Assembly: GCA_040900375.1 (NCBI GenBank)
Contig: JBBDZC010000021.1
Location: forward strand, 5,258-69,257
DNA: 64,000 nt
Source of the DNA: Candidatus Anderseniibacteriota bacterium
Lineage (GTDB): Bacteria; Patescibacteriota; Andersenbacteria; UBA10190
Direction: 5' to 3'
Under the pieces are notes generated by a model, which worked only from the letters and a program-made list of their open reading frames with translations, made no database searches and was not told the origin of the DNA. This document shows, in pieces, positions 1 through 9,894 of this stretch. Each line of letters starts with the position of its first letter. Positions within the stretch are counted from its first letter, which is position 1. Made by a program: the position numbers and the translations under genes.

Positions 1-542
1 CGGGCACGGCGTACCGGCCGGGTGATATTCTCCGGGCGAAGAATGGTAAGACAATTGAAGTTCTTAATACGGATGCGGAAGGACGGATTACGCTGGCTGA
101 TGCGTTGAGCTATGCGGTGGAGCATCAGCCGAACGCGATTATTGATGTAGCGACCCTGACTGGTGCCTGCATGGTGGCGCTGGGCGAGACGATTGCGGGT
201 TTGTGGAGCAACGATGAGGCTCTCCAGACGGAATTGTTGCAAGCGGCACAAGCTTCTGGGGAAGGACTGTGTGCCTTGCCGCTGCCTGCCGAGTACAAAT
301 CACTGATCAAGAGCCAAGTTGCTGATTTACGCAATCTCTCAGCGTCGCGGTATGGGGGAGCGATCACGGCTGCAATGTTCTTACGCGAGTTTGTAGGAGA
401 GACACCATGGGCTCATCTTGATATCGCTGGGCCCTCGTATATTGACCGGCCATGTATATCATATTATCCGGGCGGCGCCACGGGCTACGGCGTGCGGCTG
501 CTGGCCGAGTACGTCCAGAATTTAACGATTGCCACTACTTAA
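1..542 (+). CDS. pepA: Leucyl aminopeptidase (M17), 5'-truncated by window edge
   Basis: Frame open from base 3: YRPGDIL...KTIEVLNTDAEGR (M17 metal motif), ATLTGAC, WAHLDIAG. Confidence 0.95.
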   Translation, partial: GTAYRPGDILRAKNGKTIEVLNTDAEGRITLADALSYAVEHQPNAIIDVATLTGACMVALGETIAGLWSNDEALQTELLQAAQASGEGLCALPLPAEYKSLIKSQVADLRNLSASRYGGAITAAMFLREFVGETPWAHLDIAGPSYIDRPCISYYPGGATGYGVRLLAEYVQNLTIATT

Positions 543-778
543 AGTAAGTTTGATTCGGCAACAAGGGGGGGCGGGAAGATTTGTTTATCAGCGTCGTCGT
601 AAATATAAATGGCGAGGGTGGGACAAGAACGGGCAGCTTCAAGGATAGTGTCCTGGTCGGCGCCTTGGGGATTTGTCACGACGGCTTTGTTTTCGTCGTC
701 GAGGGCAAAAACATCAGGGGCGATAGCTGTACATGTAGCGGCACCAATGCAGATATCTCGTTTTACTTCAATACGCAT
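539..778 (-). CDS. Small ferredoxin, probably 3Fe-4S type
   Basis: CIGAATC...CPTLAI motif with Ala at the second Cys position; start chosen at ATG 778. Confidence 0.9.
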   Translation of the reverse strand: MRIEVKRDICIGAATCTAIAPDVFALDDENKAVVTNPQGADQDTILEAARSCPTLAIYIYDDADKQIFPPPLVAESNLL

Positions 779-1009
779 ACTCCGTATATCAACTGCCACC
801 GCCAAACACCGCTCGTTGAGCGAAAAGCAGTGGGCTTAAGTATAAGAACACTGTCGTCATGGTTATGGCTTCTCGCCTGGTGTTTGGCGGTGCCGTTCGT
901 GATGAGTGCACGACGAGTCGGGAGGTCAGTGCCAGACAGAATAGTGAGGAAGTTATATTGCGGGGCATAGAGTGTCTTTTGTCAGTTATTTTAACCTATT
1001 ACACTACTT

Positions 1010-1717
1010 TTAAGTAAATTGCTCGGTGTGTAAATGGGCTTCAGGTAGACCGTGTTCACGGAGCATCGCTAGAGTATCTTTGACCATGGCGGGAGTACCA
1101 CAGATATATGCGGCGTGCTCGCTTAGATTTTTGACGCGCCGGGGAGTGACAGCGGTGACTAGTCCTCGCTCGCCTGCCCAGACATCGCTGGGCTCGGAAC
1201 AGACAGGAATGAAGGTGAAGTGAGGGTGAATGTGAGCCAACTCGGTGAACTCGTCATCAAAGAAAAAGTAGTGTTCATCTTGGTTACCAAAGAGGAGCGT
1301 CATGGGCAGCGCTGGGTCGCGCGCGAGTTCAGCTAAAATTTGGGCACGAATGGGGCCAATACCAGAACCGGTGGCAATAAAAAGTAGCGGCCGCTTGGAC
1401 TCATGTTCGACCAAGAAGCGCCCGTAGGGTGACATGAACGTAACAGGGTCACCGGGTGCGAGATTTTGGACAAATTGTGAGGCGACGCCTCCCGGAGAGA
1501 TATCAACGACAAATTCTAAATAAGGATATTGCGGGGGTGTGGCATAGGACAGGGGGCGGCGCTGCTCATTGATGAGAAAACTTGCGTACTGGCCGGGCAG
1601 GTAGGAAACAGGTTTATCACTAATGATTTGTATCACTATTATTTTCGGCGTCAGCTGGTGGTGAGCGGTTAGACGACCTTGTTCAAGACGAGGGATGGCG
1701 ATGGGCTGTTGGAGCAT
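1010..1717 (-). CDS. FAD/NAD(P)-binding oxidoreductase (FNR family)
   Basis: PGQY, RPLSYA, GGVAS, FIATGSGIGP, YICG, terminal EQF; start set at ATG 1717. Confidence 0.9.
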   Translation of the reverse strand: MLQQPIAIPRLEQGRLTAHHQLTPKIIVIQIISDKPVSYLPGQYASFLINEQRRPLSYATPPQYPYLEFVVDISPGGVASQFVQNLAPGDPVTFMSPYGRFLVEHESKRPLLFIATGSGIGPIRAQILAELARDPALPMTLLFGNQDEHYFFFDDEFTELAHIHPHFTFIPVCSEPSDVWAGERGLVTAVTPRRVKNLSEHAAYICGTPAMVKDTLAMLREHGLPEAHLHTEQFT

Positions 1718-1736
1718 AGGTCTTTTTAAGGAAGGA

Positions 1737-2237
1737 TTACTTAGTGTTATCGAGTAAACCGGGCTCCCAGCTGGGGTAGGGCCCAGTGTGGTCGGTGCCG
1801 GCGCGGTCGTAGAAAAACGTGAGGACTTGGTGTCCATCAGGGGTCATCAGCTCATAGGTAACACGGGTCTGATGGGTAGGATTATCAGCCGGAGCGACAC
1901 TAATGTTGCCCAAACGCTCGGTTTTCGTGGCATAGTAGGCGCGCAAAGGAGCGAGTAGTTTTTTTTCAAACTCCGGTGTCTGGGAGACGAGGCTGGGGTG
2001 GACCGTTAGTTGCGGCTGGAGAATATCATTTGGGGGGAGTGACGGAGTGAGAACGGGGAGAGGATCAGCCTGACCATGACGCAGCCACGTATTCATGGTT
2101 GCCCAGGAACCACCGCTATCATGCCACAGCAGCCAGCCCACCCCTGCGCATGCGCCCACGGCCACTATAAAAATCAGAGTAGCGACCGAGACAAGGACGC
2201 TACCAGTCTGGGTGGAGGCGGAAGAGGGGGCCGGCAT
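1737..2237 (-). CDS. Hypothetical membrane-anchored protein
   Basis: 166 aa ORF with N-terminal hydrophobic helix, tightly packed between same-strand genes. Confidence 0.7.
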   Translation of the reverse strand: MPAPSSASTQTGSVLVSVATLIFIVAVGACAGVGWLLWHDSGGSWATMNTWLRHGQADPLPVLTPSLPPNDILQPQLTVHPSLVSQTPEFEKKLLAPLRAYYATKTERLGNISVAPADNPTHQTRVTYELMTPDGHQVLTFFYDRAGTDHTGPYPSWEPGLLDNTK

Positions 2238-2241
2238 AGAT

Positions 2242-3051
2242 TTACGAGCGAGCCGTCAAGGGTTTCAAGGCAAAGGAGAACAGAAAAAGACAGGCGGCGG
2301 TCAACACAATGGTGGGGCCTGAAGGAACATTGAGGAAGGCGCTAGCCACCATCCCGAGTACGGTAGCGACAACACTTAACATGATACTAATGACAAACAT
2401 GGAGGAGAGCGACCAGGCAGTATTTTGGGCGCTCGCGGCGGGAATAACGAGCATAGCAGTCACGAGCACGATCCCAACTAATTTGATCGAGACGGCCACC
2501 ACGGCAGCCAACAGTGTCAATAAGAGTAGTTCGTACCAAAAGACCGGTATGCCTTCAGCGTGAGCCAAGGATTCGTCTACAGCAATAGTAATAAGCGCTT
2601 TGCCTGCCAGCGCTACTAAAGCGATGACGGCCACCGCCAAAACACTGCTCATAATAACGTCGAATCGGCTCACGGTTAAAATATCACCGAAGAGAAAACT
2701 GATTAGGTCAGCTTGATAGCCTTGGGTCTGTTGAATCAAAATTACACCAAGGGCGACGGCAGCGGGGAAAGAAACACCGAGCAAAGTATCGACTGGCAAT
2801 TTAGAAAAGCGGCGAGCCGTGGCAATGCCAGCGGCCACGAGTACCGCAAAGACAATGGCGGCAATAAAGGGATTAAGATTAAGGAGTAGACCGAGTGCCA
2901 GGCCGGTGAGGGCCGAGTGGCTCAAGGCATCAGCAAAAAAAGAGAGGCGACGTAAGACCACGAGCACGCCCAAGATTGCCATTAAAATGCCCAGTAGTAA
3001 GCCCACGAGGAGGGCTCGTTGAAAAAACGGAATGGTTAAAAGCTCAAGCAT
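2242..3051 (-). CDS. znuB: Zn/Mn ABC transporter permease
   Basis: Hydrophobic; DALSHSAL, FLFGDIL, PSGPTIV motifs of ABC-3 permeases. Confidence 0.9.
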   Translation of the reverse strand: MLELLTIPFFQRALLVGLLLGILMAILGVLVVLRRLSFFADALSHSALTGLALGLLLNLNPFIAAIVFAVLVAAGIATARRFSKLPVDTLLGVSFPAAVALGVILIQQTQGYQADLISFLFGDILTVSRFDVIMSSVLAVAVIALVALAGKALITIAVDESLAHAEGIPVFWYELLLLTLLAAVVAVSIKLVGIVLVTAMLVIPAASAQNTAWSLSSMFVISIMLSVVATVLGMVASAFLNVPSGPTIVLTAACLFLFSFALKPLTARS

Positions 3052-3063
3052 AGAGAGGCGGAG

Positions 3064-3825
3064 TTAGTGCCTGTGCGTGAAGTGCCTGATAGGCGCACCA
3101 TACATTTGTTGCAGCATTTCATTAGAGAGGACTTCACGGGGTGTACCCGTGCACAGTAATTTACGATTGAGACAGAGTACTTGAGTGGCATACTGCATGA
3201 CAATTTCTAATTCGTGGCTGACGAGAAGCAGGGTTAATTTTTTTTCTTGTTGGATACGTTGTAATAATGTGTAGATTGTTTCCTGACCCTGAACATCAAT
3301 GCCGGCCGAAGGTTCATCCAGAATCAACAGACGAGGTTGGTCCATGAGGCTAAAACCGAGGAGTACGCGCTGCATCTGTCCTCCCGACAGCGTACTGATT
3401 TTATGATCAATGTGATTGGTCATGCCGACCAGGTTCAAGAGCTGCTCCATTCGTTGTTCGTCGATGGCTGACATGCCGAGGATACCCCTGGCCTTGAGGG
3501 CAAACAAACCTCGGACGGTTAGGGGGAATGAGTGATCAAACATTAATTTTTGGGGAATGTATGAGATCAACGGGGCAATCCGGCGGTATTGTTCGTGCGG
3601 TATGCCAAAAATATTAACCCGGCCCCTGGTTTTAGGAATGAGCCGCAGTATAGCCTTTAAAAGAATGGATTTACCCGCGCCATTGGGGCCAATAATTGCC
3701 GTGGTTTGGCCGGTAGGTACAGTAAAGGTTAGTCCTTCGAGAATAGGATGGCCAGCAAGGGTAACCGCTAGATCTTGCGCCTCAATGGCAATTTCAGGCA
3801 GGGGAGTAGGCAGTCGAGAAGACAT
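3064..3825 (-). CDS. znuC: Zn/Mn ABC transporter ATPase
   Basis: GPNGAGKS, LSGGQ, LDEP, VSH; His-containing C-terminus; adjacent permease. Confidence 0.9.
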   Translation of the reverse strand: MSSRLPTPLPEIAIEAQDLAVTLAGHPILEGLTFTVPTGQTTAIIGPNGAGKSILLKAILRLIPKTRGRVNIFGIPHEQYRRIAPLISYIPQKLMFDHSFPLTVRGLFALKARGILGMSAIDEQRMEQLLNLVGMTNHIDHKISTLSGGQMQRVLLGFSLMDQPRLLILDEPSAGIDVQGQETIYTLLQRIQQEKKLTLLLVSHELEIVMQYATQVLCLNRKLLCTGTPREVLSNEMLQQMYGAPIRHFTHRH

Positions 3826-3924
3826 AGTTCAACTATACCCTGCTAGTCTGTCCTTGTGCTACCTCGAAAAGATAACTTGTCGTGCTATAGTGAAAGTCTT
3901 ACTAGGGCGAAGCTTTGAATTAGT

Positions 3925-5220
3925 ATGTATCCTCATTTCGGGAAGGGCACAGTGAAATCTGCCAGCCGGCGGCAACGTGTGTTAGTGATCGGCGGCGGTT
4001 ATGCGGGTGTGCGGGTGGCGCGTGACTTAGCGCGGGCCCGACGGCGCGGGGTGCCACTGGAGATAGTCTTAGTCAGCAATGATGGGTTTCATCTCGAAAC
4101 TCCCGCCTTATATGAAGTCGCCACTGCTTATTTGGATCGGGAATCAACTTTGTCGAGTGAGCAGGTGCAAGCGACTGTCTGCGTTGATCTGGCAGAGATC
4201 TTTGCAGAGTTACCAGTAACAATTCAGCGGAAGACAGTGAGTGGTATTGAGACAACCAGTCGCCTGGTGACTTGTCGCGATGCCACCGCGCTTAGTTATG
4301 ACTTGTTAGTGGTTGCCCTAGGAGCTCATGTTGCTACCTATGGCGTGCCGGGAGTCCAAGAGTTTGCCTTTGGGGTGAAGACTCTCCATGAAGCCCTCGA
4401 ATTGCGGCACCATATTGTCCGCCATTTTCTCATGGCAAAAAAACTACCGCCGGAAAAAACTGGTGGCTTGCTTTCCTTTGTCGTCGTGGGTGCCGGCGCC
4501 GCCGGGGTAGAAACGGCAGCGGAACTAGCGGGGCAGGTGTACAAGCTTTGTACTAAATATGGGGTTGCGCTGTCTTGTCCCCGGGTGTCACTTGTCGAAG
4601 CGGGCGAGGATATTTTGCCGGGAGTGGCAGAACCGGTGCGCAAGTTTGCGCGCACGCGCTTACAAAAATTAGGGGTGGAAATTATGACTCATCAGAGAGT
4701 CACAGCGGTCGGCAGTGACCATGTGGTCTTGACTGACGAACGCCGCCTGCCCACGAATGCAGTAATCTGGACGGGCGGACTTGTTATTAATCCAATACTC
4801 TCGGCCGCGGGCTTGCCTGTGCAGCGGTGGGGCGTAGCTTGTGAGAGTTCGTTGCAAGTCGTGGGGCATCCTGATATTTATGCCGCCGGGGATTGTGCGA
4901 TTCCGGTCTCAATACCAGAAAAAATTCCCGCCACGGTGCCGGTTGCCTATACCCAAGCTAAACTCGTGGCGAGTAATATCGTCCGTCAACTACAGGGCAA
5001 GCCCCTGGTATCATATCGCTTCCACAGCCTGGGTGCTCTTATTGCCTTGGGTGGTAAGAGAGCGGTAGCAACTTTACCTGGCAACCGGGGACTGGTTGGC
5101 CGGTGGCCCTGGATAATCAAGCAATTTGTTATGCTCCGCTATTGGCTTGGCTACCTCGCCTGGCATAGGGCCCTGCGCTTTTGGTGGCACCGCGTGGTCG
5201 CCCAAAGTTATAATGACTAG
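3925..5220 (+). CDS. ndh: Type II NADH dehydrogenase-like flavoprotein (start may be GTG 3952)
   Basis: VIGGGYAG, VVVGAGAAGVETAAE, IWTGG, YAAGD. Confidence 0.85.
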   Translation: MYPHFGKGTVKSASRRQRVLVIGGGYAGVRVARDLARARRRGVPLEIVLVSNDGFHLETPALYEVATAYLDRESTLSSEQVQATVCVDLAEIFAELPVTIQRKTVSGIETTSRLVTCRDATALSYDLLVVALGAHVATYGVPGVQEFAFGVKTLHEALELRHHIVRHFLMAKKLPPEKTGGLLSFVVVGAGAAGVETAAELAGQVYKLCTKYGVALSCPRVSLVEAGEDILPGVAEPVRKFARTRLQKLGVEIMTHQRVTAVGSDHVVLTDERRLPTNAVIWTGGLVINPILSAAGLPVQRWGVACESSLQVVGHPDIYAAGDCAIPVSIPEKIPATVPVAYTQAKLVASNIVRQLQGKPLVSYRFHSLGALIALGGKRAVATLPGNRGLVGRWPWIIKQFVMLRYWLGYLAWHRALRFWWHRVVAQSYND

Positions 5221-5337
5221 TTGGATTATTACCCCCCGTGAGTACTCTCCTGCCGGCAGGGGAGGCGATGGGTTGTGTCACTACCCGATCAGGGGAGAGA
5301 TTACTACGGATTTTTACTACCTGGTATACTAAGAGCG

Positions 5338-7065
5338 ATGCCTGACGCTGTTGATGAATCAACTTTGCGAAGTTTAGTTGAGCAAAAGCTGCTCACTGTG
5401 ACCCAAGCGGACGAGATTTTAAAAAAACTAGGAGAAGGGGGAGCCGACCTACACAGTTTGGTGGTTGATAGTGGCTTGATTAAAGATCATGACTTTACGC
5501 AGGTGCAAGCGGCCGTTCTCGGCATGACCTACATTGATTTACGAGCGGTCACCATTCCCCGAGAGCTGCTCAATATTATTCCTGAATCAACGGCGCGGGA
5601 GCACTTGATCGTAGCGTATGAGCAAACGGACAGTGAGTTGAAGCTGGCCATGGTCAATCCCAGTGATCGACAGATTGTCGAGTTTATCCGCAAAAAGGTG
5701 GATATGCCGATTGCGGTTGCCTTGGCGAGCCGCCAGGGGATTATGGCGGCCCTGCAGCAATACCAACAGACCCTGACACTTGAGCTGGAGAATGTGCTCG
5801 CCACGAGTAAGAGCGTGATGACGGAAGCCGATCTCAATAAAGCGGCGGAAGATTTACCGGTCGTGCGCATTACGGACCTCATTTTAAAACATGCTATTTT
5901 ACAGGGCTCATCTGACATCCATATTGAACCGACGGAACAGAACGTGATTGTCCGCTACCGCATTGATGGCATTTTGCATGATGCATTAACGCTTCCCCGG
6001 TATGTGCTCGCGGGTCTGGTGGCGCGGATTAAAGTCTTGAGCCGGTTGAAGATTGATGAGCATCGGCTGCCGCAAGACGGTCGCTTCAAGATTGAAAGTG
6101 AGGATTATAAGATTGCTTTTAGAGTTTCGATCTTACCTGTCTTTGATGGTGAGAAAGTAGTCATGCGTCTCCTGGATGAGTCGGGGCATGGCTTGGGGCT
6201 CGATAGCATTGGCTTGCGCCCGTCAGTCCTAGAAGTGTTTCGCCGTAACATTAACAAACCAAATGGGCTCATTTTAGTCACTGGCCCGACCGGCTCGGGA
6301 AAAACGACCACGCTCTATGCGGCGATGAAAGAGCTAAATCAGGCGGACGTAAACATTAGTACGGTGGAAGATCCAATTGAGTACCGTATGCCGCGCATTA
6401 ATCAGACACAAGTCAATCCTAAGATCGGCCTCACTTTCTCGAACGGCTTACGTTCACTGGTGCGTCAAGATCCCGACATTCTGATGGTCGGTGAAATTCG
6501 CGATGAAGAGACCGCCTCGCTAGCAGTCAATGCGGCGCTCACCGGTCACTTAGTGCTTTCCACGTTGCACACCAATAGTGCGGCCGGGGCCTTGCCGCGC
6601 CTGCTTGATATGAAGGTCGAAGCTTTTCTGGTCGCCTCGACGGTCAATCTCTTGATAGCGCAGCGTCTCGTGCGGCGGTTATGCCAAGAGTGTCGGCGCG
6701 AGCAGAAATTAACGAAGGATGTGGTGACGGAGTTAGCCAAGTCATTTAGTATAGAGACACTGGTGGCGACCTTGGTGCGGGAAGGGGTAGTGGCCGACAA
6801 GCAAGCTCTCGAAGACTTAGTGGTTTATGAAGCGGTTGGTTGTAAGCTGTGCCAGGACGGTTACAAAGGCCGCAGCGGGATCTATGAGTTGTTGGAAATG
6901 ACTGACTCGATTCGCAAGATTATTACTTCCAAGACGACAACGGCCGAACTGGAGGACGCCGCGCGAGCGGAGCAAGGCATGGTCACCATGATTGAAGATG
7001 GTTTTATTAAGGTGGTTGAGGGACAAACGACTATTGAAGAAGTGATGCGTGTTTCCATGGAGTAA
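5338..7065 (+). CDS. pilB: Type IV pilus assembly ATPase PilB/GspE
   Basis: SDIHIEP, RLPQDGR, GPTGSGKTT, EDPIEY, RQDPD, TGHLVLSTLHTN, two CxxC. Confidence 0.95.
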   Translation: MPDAVDESTLRSLVEQKLLTVTQADEILKKLGEGGADLHSLVVDSGLIKDHDFTQVQAAVLGMTYIDLRAVTIPRELLNIIPESTAREHLIVAYEQTDSELKLAMVNPSDRQIVEFIRKKVDMPIAVALASRQGIMAALQQYQQTLTLELENVLATSKSVMTEADLNKAAEDLPVVRITDLILKHAILQGSSDIHIEPTEQNVIVRYRIDGILHDALTLPRYVLAGLVARIKVLSRLKIDEHRLPQDGRFKIESEDYKIAFRVSILPVFDGEKVVMRLLDESGHGLGLDSIGLRPSVLEVFRRNINKPNGLILVTGPTGSGKTTTLYAAMKELNQADVNISTVEDPIEYRMPRINQTQVNPKIGLTFSNGLRSLVRQDPDILMVGEIRDEETASLAVNAALTGHLVLSTLHTNSAAGALPRLLDMKVEAFLVASTVNLLIAQRLVRRLCQECRREQKLTKDVVTELAKSFSIETLVATLVREGVVADKQALEDLVVYEAVGCKLCQDGYKGRSGIYELLEMTDSIRKIITSKTTTAELEDAARAEQGMVTMIEDGFIKVVEGQTTIEEVMRVSME

Positions 7066-7297
7066 TTGCCGGGGCGATTGAGGGATTGTCAGTTCGGTTA
7101 TCGTTGCTCAAGAAAGTCTGTTAAACTAAGCACATTGATTAGTCTTTGAGCTTATTGTATGCCCCGTAGAATCACCTCGATCACCCTCTCGTCTTAAAAT
7201 ATATGGATACAATACCTACCAACCTTATTTGTCAGTCACCGCTTCCTCTCACCGCTGTCCGGCCTACGCCGGACATATCGAGGTAGCTCTACGGGGT

Positions 7298-8515
7298 ATG
7301 CCGATTTATACCTTCCAGGGTCGTAAGGAAACCACCGGTGAGATAGTCTCGGGTATGCGCGAAGCAACTTCGCATGCTGTTCTGGGGCAGGATTTATTAA
7401 CTGAAGGAATTCTCTTAACGCGCTACCAGGAGCAAAAACAGCGACTACCAGGAGCCAGTATTCTCTCGAGTTTTTTCTCACGGGTGCCCATTCTCGAGCG
7501 CGTGCTCTTTGCCCGGTATTTTTCTTTAATGCTTAGAGCGGGTCTCGATGTTAAACAAGCGCTGATGGCCTTAGGGCAGCAGACACGCAGTCGGCCAATG
7601 CGTACGGCTGTGGAATCAATTGTTCAGGGAGTAGATCGCGGCAGTACATTGGCTGATAGCATGGCGGTTTTCCCCCTGGCTTTTCCGGCAATCTTTGTCA
7701 GTTTTGTGCGGGTAGGGGAAACAACCGGCCGTCTTCAGGAAGCTTTGCAAGTCTTGGCGCAACAGTTGCAGAAAGAATATGAGCTGCGACGGGCAGTGCG
7801 GGGAGGATTGATGTATCCGGCCGTGATTCTGACGGCATTGATTGCTGTCGGTTTTGCGATGTTGGTATTCGTTGTGCCCAAACTTGCCGAAGTTTTTGAG
7901 GGCTTCAAGGTAGAGTTACCCCTGCCCACGCGTATTTTAATTGGTCTCGGTGATTTTTTTTCGAGTTATTGGTACCTCGTCATCGCGGGAAGCATCCTGA
8001 GTATTTTTGGCTTGACGTTGCTGCTACGAATTCCTTCTTTTAAAGGCAGCATCCTGCACGCCTTTTTATTTATGCCAATTATCGGACAGATTATGCAGCA
8101 GGTGAATCTGGCGCGCTTTACTCGTAACTTAAGCTCGCTGCTTAAGAGCGGTGTTTCCTTTGTGGAGGCACTCGAAATTTTGGGTGTCAATACCCCTCAT
8201 CCCAGCTATGCTCGGGTCTTTGCGGGAGCGAAGGAACACGTCAAACAAGGTAAATTATTGAGTGACTTTTTGGTTGATTTTAAGCGACTCTTTCCCCCGT
8301 TGGTGGTCAACGTTATTAAAGTGGGCGAAGAAACAGGAGCCCTCGACGAAGTGTTGCAGGAAATTGCACTTTTCTACGAAGGAGAAGTTGATCAGACAAT
8401 GAAGAATTTAACCTCAATTATGGAGCCTGTTTTAATGGTAATTATTGGCTTGGCGGTCGGGGCCTTGGCAATCTCGGTCATCTCGCCCATCTACAATTTA
8501 GTGAACGTTATCTAA
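7298..8515 (+). CDS. pilC: Type IV pilus platform protein PilC/GspF
   Basis: Two T2SSF repeats (GETTGRL, GEETGAL), three TM helices, follows pilB. Confidence 0.95.
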   Translation: MPIYTFQGRKETTGEIVSGMREATSHAVLGQDLLTEGILLTRYQEQKQRLPGASILSSFFSRVPILERVLFARYFSLMLRAGLDVKQALMALGQQTRSRPMRTAVESIVQGVDRGSTLADSMAVFPLAFPAIFVSFVRVGETTGRLQEALQVLAQQLQKEYELRRAVRGGLMYPAVILTALIAVGFAMLVFVVPKLAEVFEGFKVELPLPTRILIGLGDFFSSYWYLVIAGSILSIFGLTLLLRIPSFKGSILHAFLFMPIIGQIMQQVNLARFTRNLSSLLKSGVSFVEALEILGVNTPHPSYARVFAGAKEHVKQGKLLSDFLVDFKRLFPPLVVNVIKVGEETGALDEVLQEIALFYEGEVDQTMKNLTSIMEPVLMVIIGLAVGALAISVISPIYNLVNVI

Positions 8516-8547
8516 AGTCTGTTAGTTAGTATTTTGCCTCAAGTTTT

Positions 8548-9894
8548 ATGACCGGGAGATGGGTAGTGACTAAACGCGCAGCGCATAGGGGCTTTACGAT
8601 CATCGAATTACTCATTGCGACATTTATTATCGGGACGGTCGTGACCGGCCTCTTCGGGCTTTTTGTTTTAAATTTACGCGCGGCGCAAGAAGGCGAGCGG
8701 CGCCTGGTGGCGATTGCGTTGGCAAATGAGCGGGCAGAAATGATTCGCAATTTACCCTACAGCAATGTGGGAACGAGTGGCGGGATCCCGGCCGGCAGTA
8801 TTTTGCAGGAGGAAGTTATTGCCAGGCCCACTTCGACCTACACCGTGCGGACTGATGTTCGCTATGTCGATGACTCTTTTGATGGGACGGCTGGCGGCGC
8901 GCCAAACGATACTGTCAATACTGACTACAAGCAGGCTCGCATTGAAGTGGCGTGGCAGAGTCCCTCGTCGCCTGCTCCTATCCTCTTGGTCATGGTGGTA
9001 GCGCCCCCGGGCGTGGAAGGAGGAGAAGCAGCAGGGACATTGAGCTTCCAAGCCTTAAACGCCGCTGCTGCTGGGATACCCGATGCGAGCTTGCGGATTG
9101 TGAACATGGCAACTAATCCGACGATCGATGTTACGACGAACACGGATAACAACGGTCGCATTCTCTTGCCTGGGCTGCCCGAAAGTGCGGGCAGCTATGA
9201 GCTAACTCTGACTAAGGCAGGCTACACTAGTGAGCAAACATATACTGAAACGGCAACCTTTATTCCTGATACCGACCATGCCCATCTCTCGATGCTCCAA
9301 GGACAGGTGACTCCTAAGACATTTAGTATTGACCTGGTAAGCGAGATGGCGATTGCCACCCAAGACGAAGAGCTGCAGCCGCTGGGTAACATTGCCTACA
9401 GCTTACGTGGGACTAAGACGATTGGTGTTGATGAGACGGAGACACCGGTCTATCGTCTCAATGTCCAAGAGCAAACGAACGCTAGTGGCACAGCGACTCA
9501 CCCTGATATTATCTGGGATAGCTATGATTTTTCTATTGATGGGTTAGCCACCGGCTATGATATCAAAGAGACCAGTATGCTGTTGCCGGCCAAGGTGAAC
9601 CCAGGAGAGCAGGCTGATCTTACCGTGACGCTTGTGCCCCATACACCGATTTCTCTCCATGTGACCGTGGCTACACCCGAGGGGTTGCCCATTGATAACG
9701 CAACCGTCCAGCTGACCCAAGTTGGTTACGACACCACATTAGGGACTGGGGCCTTGGGCCAAGTCCTCTTTACTGACTTGCCCTTTAACGCTGATTATAC
9801 GCTCTCTATTACCGCTCCCGGCTGGCAAGTTTTTAATGAGGTGATAACTGTGACTAATACGACGCGGACACGGGCTGAACTGACTAGCGCATGA
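8548..9894 (+). CDS. Large prepilin-like protein with beta-sandwich (carboxypeptidase-regulatory-like) repeats
   Basis: Class III signal RG|FTIIELL; repeated beta-rich modules (TDNNGR...GLP...YELTLTKAGY). Confidence 0.8.
   Translation: MTGRWVVTKRAAHRGFTIIELLIATFIIGTVVTGLFGLFVLNLRAAQEGERRLVAIALANERAEMIRNLPYSNVGTSGGIPAGSILQEEVIARPTSTYTVRTDVRYVDDSFDGTAGGAPNDTVNTDYKQARIEVAWQSPSSPAPILLVMVVAPPGVEGGEAAGTLSFQALNAAAAGIPDASLRIVNMATNPTIDVTTNTDNNGRILLPGLPESAGSYELTLTKAGYTSEQTYTETATFIPDTDHAHLSMLQGQVTPKTFSIDLVSEMAIATQDEELQPLGNIAYSLRGTKTIGVDETETPVYRLNVQEQTNASGTATHPDIIWDSYDFSIDGLATGYDIKETSMLLPAKVNPGEQADLTVTLVPHTPISLHVTVATPEGLPIDNATVQLTQVGYDTTLGTGALGQVLFTDLPFNADYTLSITAPGWQVFNEVITVTNTTRTRAELTSA

Noticed and set aside
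789-968. Possible 59-codon minus-strand ORF upstream of the ferredoxin
   Set aside because: No recognisable motif and it runs through the inverted-repeat structure; unsupported as a gene.
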